DNA of 63,715 nucleotides, counting the filler, from Collodictyon triciliatum (taxonomy: Eukaryota), in the NCBI GenBank assembly GCA_043381765.1. It is 6 parts of 6 records of this genome, joined end to end, with 100 filler letters (N's around TTAATTAATTAA, not from the genome) between each part and the next. Parts side by side here need not be neighbours in the genome. Positions count along the whole stretch, not along the records: positions 54,546 to 61,682 come from JBHJMP010000842.1; positions 61,783 to 63,715 come from JBHJMP010000938.1; 4 more parts are not named here. One strand, 5' to 3'. Positions 54,621 through 63,715 of the stretch are shown here, piece by piece. Made by a program: the position numbers and the translations under genes. Numbering within the stretch: the first letter of the stretch is position 1; each line of letters begins with the position of its first letter. The notes under the pieces are model-generated. The model saw only the letters and a list, made by a program, of their open reading frames with translations, did not search any database and was not told where the DNA came from.

Positions 54621-54818
54621 AACCTAAGCGGCTGCGCTAAAGACTTTGTTTCATTTTGATTCAAATGCGCCTTGATATGCATTAAAAAGCATGTCCGTTT
54701 TTTTTTTTTTAACAAATACAGAGACGATATCAAATGAAAATAAAACATGAAAATCAAATTAAATCCATCATCTGAGGTTGTAATAAAGAAAATAATTTCT
54801 ATTTGCCTCTTTATTTCT

Positions 54819-57800
54819 TTACCACTTGACTTGCTCTGATTGATTTTCCTTTTCCTCATTCCCACCAAAGCCGACGCAAAGTCGATGATGGAGGCGCACC
54901 CACAACTCTATATAAGCGCGCTCGGTCATATCTGGGAGGCGGTTGAACTTTCCTGCCAGGTCACAGACGGGGCCTTCAAGCTTTTCCACATCAGCTTTGG
55001 TCACTATGATGACTTCGTCGTCAGAGCCATCTGCTGTGCTGCTTTCCTGTTGATTGTCTCGTGTAACCCGCGGTTGCGATGGGCCTGCAATTGAAGATAC
55101 TTCCTCCCATTTATCAGGCACGATAATGCTAGTGGTGAAGTCTTTCATGGTTGGTATCAAAGCGTGAACGCCACCAGAGTCTTTTCTGTCATTTGTTAGC
55201 GTCCCTTCTCTGACTGAAAGTTCCTGTGCCGATGGATAAGTTTTTCGTGTGTCGTGACCGATGATAGTAACCACCTGACTCATCTTCACGGTTTTCGCTC
55301 CGTTGTGGTCGTTTTCTGCGGTGGATTTCTTTGTTGAGACCAGAGCAGATTGGGGATATGTATCTGGCTTTACTTGCTGAAAACGTATGTTTTGGGTGGT
55401 GTTGAAATACTCGTCATCTTCTTCGTTTTCATCATCTTCAAAAGTATACGAACTACTCGTGTCGCTACTACTCTCTTCAGATTCCAAAGCCTTCGGTTCA
55501 ATTCGGCCCTTAGCTGCCACTGTTAGCTTTGGAGGTGAATGCGCGGAGTTAGACAGTGTACTTGCGAATCCACCGTCTTTAATCCCTAATCGTGGGCTAT
55601 GTACAGCCACGGGTGCACGCATGATTTGCTTGGGGACGGATGATATATTTGGGCTTTGTATAGAAGAAAATGCAACGGAGCTCTCTTCGTTGTCAGAATC
55701 AACAAAGTCCTGTGTCTTAGCTGGATGTGTGGGTTTTGCGGGGGATTGTCCGTATGATAACTGTCTGAACAGCTTTGGGCTATCATCGAGTAATCTTTGA
55801 GGGGGTGAATGTGATAAATCTGACTCGTTCTTCATCGGCCTTGTACCCGAGCTAGGTAAGTTCGTGTCTCTGCGGATAGAATCTTGGCTGTCCGTATGGG
55901 TAGCCTGATAGAAAGTTTCAGATAGATTAAGCGAGTCCATTGTATTCAAAGTATTTGGTTTCCAAGGAGTCTGAAAAAAGCTCAAGACGCCCAAATCATC
56001 GTTATCACCTCCCTGTAGTAATTGCTTCAACAATCTCTCAGAGGCAGCATCATTTAATAAAGGCAGAAATATATTCATATGTGCTTTCCAGTCCGATACA
56101 CCAGAGTACTCCGCTGAAAGAAGAAAGTCGAGCGCTTCGAAAGTTACCGCAGGTAGTATTTGCAGGCAGAGCACGAGAGACGAGGAAAGTATGATGTGTT
56201 GCTGTTGATTAACGATTTGATATCCTTGTGCCAAAAGAGTAAAGTAGCTTAGGAGTAAATAGGGTTGTCTCATAGTAATCTCCTCACTCAAGGGTGGAAA
56301 TTCGGGTATGGAGCATGCCTTGATGAGAGAATGAAGCAAGCCCATGCCAGATGGGTCCCATAAAAGTTTTCTATAGGAGTCGTAGAATAGGAAAGATGCT
56401 GTGGGTGCGAGGGATTCGCAAGTAAACACTTTTGAGCATGAAGTTGGAAATAATAATCGTACGCATAATTGATCCATTATAAAGTCGCTTCCTGCTTGGG
56501 TATATCTCCAGTTCTTCGATGCAGCCAATCCAATATATTCATGCTCAGAGCAGGTGACATATAGAATTAGTCTTGGTGATATAGAAAATTCACTTTTTGA
56601 AGTGCTCTGATATGCCGCACCACAATATAATGTGTTCAAAAACCCTGACAAGGAGACTCCAGAAAACCACGAGCCATATCCAGCGTCTCGAAAGTCTTTC
56701 ACAATAAAGAGATAGCGCTCACTTATCAGTGAGTCTAACGCCCGAAATGTTTTCTTATCGGCCCAAATCTTTCCATTATCAAAATACAGTGGCATGCGAA
56801 TATATTCACCACAACTATCATACTCCAATCTGGTTTCTTCAATTAACCTATCTGATTCCAAGGTTTTATATGCTATTTCATCCATCCAATATAACTTGGC
56901 CTCCCCAAGAGACTCCTTTGTGACCTTGAGAAGAGGATTTCGGTTAATAAAGAACGATGCAAAAGATATTCCTCTATCTTTCAGAATGGACTCTTTGAAT
57001 CCAATTTCATTCGTAGCTTTGGTTATTTCATCTTTTTCAGATTTTTGGACGGACACGAATCCTGTGCAATCCTTTCCGGACATAGACCAGCCCAACAAAT
57101 GTGCATCGATATTAGTTTCTGATGTGATTTGAATAGGGAAAAGGTCATCGCCCATGGCCCACATTCTATGACCACTATAGTTTGACACTACAAAATTTCG
57201 TATGAAGTAGACTCTATTAGGATTCTATCCTTTATGAATGTTTTCGTAAAAATTAATATCACGAAGCCGATGTCTGTTTGTTTCAATGTTATATAATATA
57301 TATTCAAGAAAATGAATAACGGCATACGTAATTCTTTGGGCACTGCCTGAAGTCCGACCTCCAATACTCTTTTCAATTCTTCATCCTGTGCCAGATCTTT
57401 CGAAGTTTTTCCTTTGGTATCAGACAACATTTTCTGCGCGAGGAAAAAGTGAGATTTTTTTTTTATCAATAGCAGGAGGGGGTTTTGAGGAACAGAAGGT
57501 ATATGAAAGAGAACAATATTGAAGAAATCGTTCTAATTTTATTGATAAACTTCACATAGAAAAATTTCGAATACAACGAGATAAGGTGGAGTGGATGATT
57601 TGTAAAATAATAACATAATATTTTTTCGTTTATTCGATTCGAAGAATAATATAATTACAAAATAATAATAATTTTTACATCGGCACCAGCAGCTAAGAGA
57701 ATATGTACAAGTGCTGAGTGATTTTGATGGGCTGCAAAGTGAAGCGGTGTCCAATTGGTTCGGTCTGTTTGTGCGTTCACATCTGCACCGCGCGACAGAA

Positions 57801-58136
57801 GAAGAGATACACACTCCAAGGACGAGGAGGCTACAGCTAAGTGCAAGGCGGTATACCCATTACGGTCTCGTATCTGGGTATAGAGTACAGAAACAAATGA
57901 GTGAATACATTATTTTTGAAAGAAACTTAAATAAAGAGGAGAGTTTGGAGGTATAAATGGGTCTTTGAGGTGTCCTAGAAAAAAAGCTTCACGAAAGGAG
58001 CGAACGTTTATCTAACCTCCTTGGAGTGACCTTTCGAATCTTTTGTTTTTAAAGGCGTTATTTCGAGTGCTCTTCTCAGCTCGCCAACATCACCATCAAA
58101 AGCTGCATCGAGCAGGGCAGAGCCGAAAGGCAACAT
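54819..58136 (-). CDS. Ankyrin-repeat protein fused to a degenerate class II (CCA/PcnB-like) nucleotidyltransferase fold and a disordered tail, 4 exons
   Basis: Ankyrin motifs GYTALHLAV and NWTPLHFAA splice in frame to the 789-aa exon. That exon carries DAGYGSWFSG, TASFLFYD..LWDPSGMGL and QPYLLLSYF. The ankyrins are clear, the NTase fold is inference. Confidence 0.75.
57609..57655 (-). mobile_element. Diverged family A micro-retroposon in an ankyrin-gene intron
   Basis: AATAACATAAT / AATAATATAAT flank A-T6-CGTTTATTCGATTCGAAG. Confidence 0.7.
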
Positions 58137-58320
58137 CTAATTTGTTCTATCATCATTATGTTTATTTTATTTTATTTATTTTTTTTTACTTTTTTTCCTT
58201 GTGATTTTTTTCCTGCCGAAATGAACTCACCAGGATGAAAAATGAGACACAGAGAATGCGGATGTGTGGCGTGGAGTTTTAAGTCAATGCTTAATGGCAG
58301 CAGGCTTGGACGTCTCCATG

Positions 58321-58323
58321 AAA

Positions 58324-58419
<96 letters not shown>

Positions 58420-58480
58420 AAAAGAAAGAAAGAAAAGAAAAAAAGGAAGAAAGAAAGAAAAAAAGGAAAAGAAAGGAAAG
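58321..58480. repeat. (AAAG)n microsatellite between the divergent ankyrin and PHF5A genes
   Basis: Visible directly. Confidence 0.95.
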
Positions 58481-58973
58481 AAAGCAAGAGGAAAACTCTT
58501 GACTCGCAGAAGTGTGGGCACTCTAATTTTCTGCTGAGAAGGAATCTTCGGCGCGGTGCGGTCGTCCTCCAAAAAAAAACCGCAATATAATGCGATTTGA
58601 TGAATCAGAAATTCCTCAACACACATTTTGATCAACGCAGATTCCGCTCAACTTGCAACCGACACTATTTTGTATTGATCTTATGTTGTGGCCGTACCAT
58701 GAGTCCTTTTCTCTTTTTTTCTCTTATCCTCTTTCTCACTTCTTATTTCGTTATCGTTTTCGTTTTTCTTCATTCCTTTTCTCTTTTTTTTCTTTTTATC
58801 TCTTTTTTTCTCTTTTTTTCTCTTTTTCTCTCTTTTTCTCTCTTTTTCTCTCTTTTTCTCTCTCTTTCTCTCTCTTTCTCTCTTTTTCTCTCTTTTTTTC
58901 TTAGGCCATTCCTTCTAATCACCAGTCAAATACCTCCTTTGTCTAATTTTATTTTTTTGGCGCAGTTGAGTGA

Positions 58974-60176
58974 ATGGCCAAGCACCACCCCGATCTGATC
59001 ATGTGCCGCAAGCAACCGGGCATTGGTGGGCTTCGTATTCTTATATGAAGTTAATTCTTCCTTTCTCTTTTTTTCTCTTTTATCTCTTTTTTTCTCTTTT
59101 ATCTCTTTTTTTCTCTTTTCTCTCTTTTTTTCTCTTTTTTTTCTCTTTTTTTCTCTTTTTTTCTCTTTTTTTCTCTTTTATCTCTTTCTTTCATTTATCG
59201 TTCACCTAGCCGTCTTCTATAATATCTTCGCATGTGTTACACTTGCATTGACATAAAAAGGGATATGATAATGATTTGCTTGCATATTGACCTTATCCCA
59301 AAAACTATTCGTCATCACTATGTATTCTCTCCATAGCCATCGGTCGCCTCTGTGAAAAGTGTGAGTCCTACATATTTTTTTTCGACGCATGATATTCATG
59401 CGCACATAATTTTAAATATTTCAGAAACTGAACATATGAAACAACCCTGGTTCCTCCTCTGCTACAAAAATAACACTCTTAGAATTCTTTCCAACAAAAT
59501 AAATAGCTAGGCTGAATAAAAGAATTCATGTTGCTAGAATGTATTTTTACCTTTCCTTCTTTTTTTTACATTTTTTTTTTTTTTTTTGTAGTTGGCTACT
59601 CGTATCATTTGAGCAATCTCAGTATAGCATTTACATTAAACTTCACATAGGTGACGGAAAGTGTGTTGTTTGCGACTCGTATGTGCGACCCTGCACCTTG
59701 GTTCGTGTGTGTGATGAATGTAACTATGGCTCCTATCAAGGTTGCTTTCTTTTTCTTTCTTTTCTTTCTTCCTTTATTCGAAACAAAGTCCAAGGCTGCT
59801 TTATTTAAGTCTTTCGAGTGGAAGCTGTGAATGTGCCCATGATTTTGTAAAAATACGAAAGGCTATGTGATGGAATGAAACTGTCGTCACTCGAGCTCTG
59901 TAATTCATTCGTGATATGCTCTCTTCAAACATCTGTGTTTGATATGTTGATCTGTATTTTATTTTATTTTTTACATGACGAAATCATATCATATTCAAAT
60001 TAATGTCAGGTCGTTGTGTGATTTGTGGCGGCCCTGGAATATCCGATGCTTACTACTGCAAAGAATGCACTGTCCAAGAGAAGGACCGCGATGGATGCCC
60101 AAAGATTATCAACATCGGCACATCCCGAACAGACCTCTTTTACGAACGCAAAAAGTACGGTTTCAAACCGCGCTGA
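58974..60176 (+). CDS. PHF5A: PHD finger-like protein 5A (SF3b subunit Rds3), 4 coding exons
   Basis: [75 protein letters not shown]...[14 protein letters not shown]. Confidence 0.97.
59735..59806 (-). mobile_element. Family A micro-retroposon whose TSD duplicated the PHF5A exon 3 donor
   Basis: ATCAAGGTTGCTTTCTTT / TCCAAGGCTGCTTTATTT flank a T-rich tail plus CCTTTATTCGAAACAAAG. Confidence 0.75.
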
Positions 60177-60750
60177 GACAAACGAATTGAATATGGTTGC
60201 CCTTGTGTGTTCCACAGGATTATTATTTTTTTTCCTCTTGTTTTCTCTCATCCATGCCGCCGCCTTTATGTTTTCTCCTTTATGTTTTTTTTTCCGTTTT
60301 TTTCTTCTTTTTGACATTTCTTCAGTTTGTTTCTCAAGTTCCAAAAAAAAAAAAACTGGGCACGTGAAGCAAGAAAAGCGGACGAATAAGAAGGATTACA
60401 CACAACGAGTCTCAACAACCATCCACCCAATCAAACGATGAAGAGACAAAGTCGTTTACATAAAACGATATTCTAAACACAGAGGTCGTGAACTATCAAG
60501 AAAACACACCATTTTCCTTTCCTCTTTTTGCTTTGCTATAACAATGTCATTTTTGTCTCTCGGGATTTAGCGCTATGGACAACTCGTTCTTCATCAACAT
60601 CATATTCAAGCATAAGGAATCTACTTCTGAAGCACTTTGTCACAACCACCGGGCTCCTCAAAGACCAGTTTCTTTTTCTTTCGTTTATGCTGTGGTTGCG
60701 CTTGATTCCTTGTGGGAAACATAGCTATTTTTCGATGGCCGTTCTTCGGC

Positions 60751-61378
60751 TTATTTTCTGTTGTCCGAAATGGTGTATTTGTCGAAGGATTTCTTCGGGT
60801 CGTAAACTTCCCATCTATTGTGTTGGTTGAAACGAAAAGTATACTTAAATTAGCTTTCATATATAAATAGTAAATAAAACAAAGAAAAGAACACCGAACA
60901 CGATGGAGATGTTCCTTGATATATTTCTTTACCTGCACGCAGGGAATGTATGTTTGTTCTTGTCGTACCATCGGCGCTCGAGCACTTTGCCTGCGTGTGA
61001 CTGCATCCATACGAATAAGATAAGTAAAATCCATGCATGAATACAAAAAAATAATATTAATTAATCAATGATAATAACTCAAATAGGCAAGAATGCTTCG
61101 TTTCACGTATAGGCTGAACATGTGTTAACATCAGAAGTAGCACCGCCACACATGAACACCATTATTATACTTTTCTTAATGATCACAGCATTTTCATTCA
61201 TATTTCATTTAACATATAATAATTTTAATGAGAGAAAAAATTGACACAAACAAACCTCGTCCTTCTCCACGGATGCATCAGACACTACTCGAACATCATC
61301 ATGGACATCAAAGTGAAAAAGTGGGCCACTCTTACCTCTTGCTTTTGTCACAATCAGCTCGTAGAAAGTGAGGTGCTG
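60751..61378 (-). CDS. FAM50: XAP5/FAM50 protein, last three exons
   Basis: [72 protein letters not shown]. Confidence 0.95.
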
Positions 61379-62231
61379 TGTCCAAATGAAAAGCCCAATG
61401 ATAAGCAATTATGGACGTAAAAAAAAAAAAAGGAGAGAAAGAGAGAGGAGAAAATAAGGAGCATGGGTATTATACTTTCTAATATAATTTACTATGCATT
61501 TTGTTTGAAAAAGGGTTGACTAACCCCTCAGCGTTAATGTCATACAGAATACAAAGATAGAAACCAGTCAAAAGCATAAAATTGAAAAAAGAAAAAAGAA
61601 AAAAGAAAAAAGAAAAAAGAAAAAAGAAAAAAGAAAAGAAGAAAAGAAGAAAAGAAGAAAAGAAGAAAAGAAGAAAAGAAGANNNNNNNNNNNNNNNNNN
61701 NNNNNNNNNNNNNNNNNNNNNNNNNNTTAATTAATTAANNNNNNNNNNNNNNNNNNNNNNNNNNNNNNNNNNNNNNNNNNNNGAGTTCAAGGACAAGAAG
61801 TAAAAAAAAAAAAAAAAGAAGCAACCCGACACACGACACCATGGCCACAACCCCCGCGCAAGGGGCGTATGTATCAAGCGAGAAAGGGAGTACAATCCCC
61901 ACGAACGCGCACAGACCGCTCAGCTTCCATTCTTTTCTTCGCCCCTTTTAACAAAATAAAGAGAAACAAAAAAACAACAATTATTATTATTATTTTTAAA
62001 AAAAATAAGCTGAAGGAATAACAGAATATTAAACCAAGGCGAAGCAAACACCGCGCTGGAGAAAACAATCGCTCCTTCCCGAACAGAGACGAACAACGAG
62101 AGCCGCCAGTAGGAGCCGGGCAGATACAACCCCACGTCTTTCTCTCTTTTGAGGCAAATCGGCGGGGGACTGAGGAGGAGAGAAAGCTTTATTATTAGAT
62201 AGCGCACCCGCAGGGCAAAGCAGCCTGCCTG

Positions 62232-63446
62232 TCACACGCGCCGGACGCGACCGCGAGAGAGGAGACCCAGTTCCTCGTCAGAGTCATCCGGGCCTGTCGC
62301 GTCATGTCCCGACTCCAAAATCTCCCTCCGGGTGCAGCGGCTGCATCCGAGGGAGTCGTGAGTGGGCGAGTGATGTGTGTGTGTGGGTGACTCACATGCA
62401 TTGGCCTATCTTACAGTATTCATCTGGAAAGAGCTCCGCATAGCTGGTAGATAATTAGGCGGGTCACAAGAGATTCCACCCCTTTATCGGGCCACTCACC
62501 GGCCCATCAACAAGTTGGCCCAGCCTCGGCATCTGCGATGAGACGGCGCTGTTGGAACTTCCACCACAATGATGTCGCGGTCCACATCCACACCGTTGAG
62601 CGGGTCATCCGGGGAGAATACCTGCAGCTCCACGTGGTTCTGGTTGAATACGACCTAGAAGGTGAAGACACAGTGACGTGGTTTTAATCGGTCGAATAAT
62701 CATTGATTTCAGTGGGTAGCGACGATTGTATATGCATGTCTATGTACCTTTATCCTTTTTTTCTTTTTGTGTGCATGTGGGGTGAAAATTGACCAGGATA
62801 TACATGTTGGCCATATATATGGTAACTTTCATCTTTATATAAAAAGTAATGGAAATTGACAAACTTGGGAGTTGCGGAACATATCATGCGCTTGCGTTTC
62901 CTCATTTTCACTTGAGGTGTATTGAAACCTTTGCATCCTCAGAAAGAATCTGGTTGTTCGCATATACACATTATTTTTGTAAGTTTTGCATGTAATTTTG
63001 GTTGATTGATTGATTGACTAAAAAACAACAACAACAACAACCAAAAACAAAAAAAAAAAGATAAATCATTACAAAAAACAGATATTATAATTTTTAACCC
63101 CAAAACCCATCACCAACAAAGACATACACTATCTTTACAAGTTTATAAACATAACGTACAGACACCATGCTATTGTTATAATATCCAGTAACTCTCGCAG
63201 TGCCAGCGATACCCAAGTATATTCCAAGTACAGAAAAATACCCAATATCTGAACCTGTCAGATTTGAGCGGTTCAGTGGACATCAATACATATGTAATAT
63301 GCACATATTGAAATTATAGCACCAACTAATGACAGCCTCAAGATATACGAAATGAATCATTTAATCACGTCTTCTACATCTTCTTAACAGATAAGTATAC
63401 TTACCATGACGAGTGCAAAGACATAGCCCACAAATGCTCGACGCAT
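62232..63446 (-). CDS. Possible spliced gene of unknown function with hydrophobic N-terminal exons
   Basis: Strong donors (GTAAGT, two GTGAGT) bracket open segments such as VVFNQNHVELQVFSPDDPLNGVDVDRDIIVVEVP. Frames near 63.2 kb do not join cleanly. Confidence 0.3.
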
Positions 63447-63715
63447 TAGACTAGATTTATTTCTCTGTTAGTTACAGGGATGACTTTCGCGATATCCTAC
63501 TTATTTTTCTTTTATAAAAAATAATACATTCTTTTTGTGGTATCCTACTCGAATATACGAAGTTTCATAACTATTCGGCGTTGAACTTCTCGGAATTCAT
63601 TCGATTCGAGGAGAATTAGCTGGCCCTACATGTCCGGTGATTATTGCGAGTAGATCGTTGCGCCAAAAGGGGGGGGGGGGGGGGGGGGGGAGAAAAGAAA
63701 AAAAAAAGAATGCAG

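Overview
Eukaryotic genomic DNA, intron-rich, standard genetic code, most likely a flagellated protist (it has ARL6/BBS3 and FOP). The window is six contigs joined by artificial N-TTAATTAATTAA-N linkers, so adjacency across linkers means nothing. Spliced genes I could reconstruct by eye: DENN/SBF2-like Rab GEF, ARL6, PP2A B55, FOP/CEP43, a formin with talin-like ubiquitin-fold N-terminal domains, KCMF1, a full ABCB transporter, an LRR-kinase, BCAS3-like, an ankyrin protein fused to an apparently dead CCA/PcnB-type nucleotidyltransferase, PHF5A, XAP5/FAM50, and a ~1,900-aa secreted DUF4114/Ig-like/FG-GAP protein. The most striking non-genic signal is a dense population of 'micro-retroposons'. 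At least 11 insertions of only ~20-50 bp, each an AATAAA plus poly(A) tail flanked by an 11-19 bp target-site duplication, fall into two families. Family A copies all start at the same nucleotide (CTTTGAATCGAATAAAGG-An). Longer copies tie both families to related non-LTR retroelements whose ORF ends in a PCNA-binding PIP-box-like motif. Two insertions duplicated host splice donors. All calls come from manual reading; no database searches were run.
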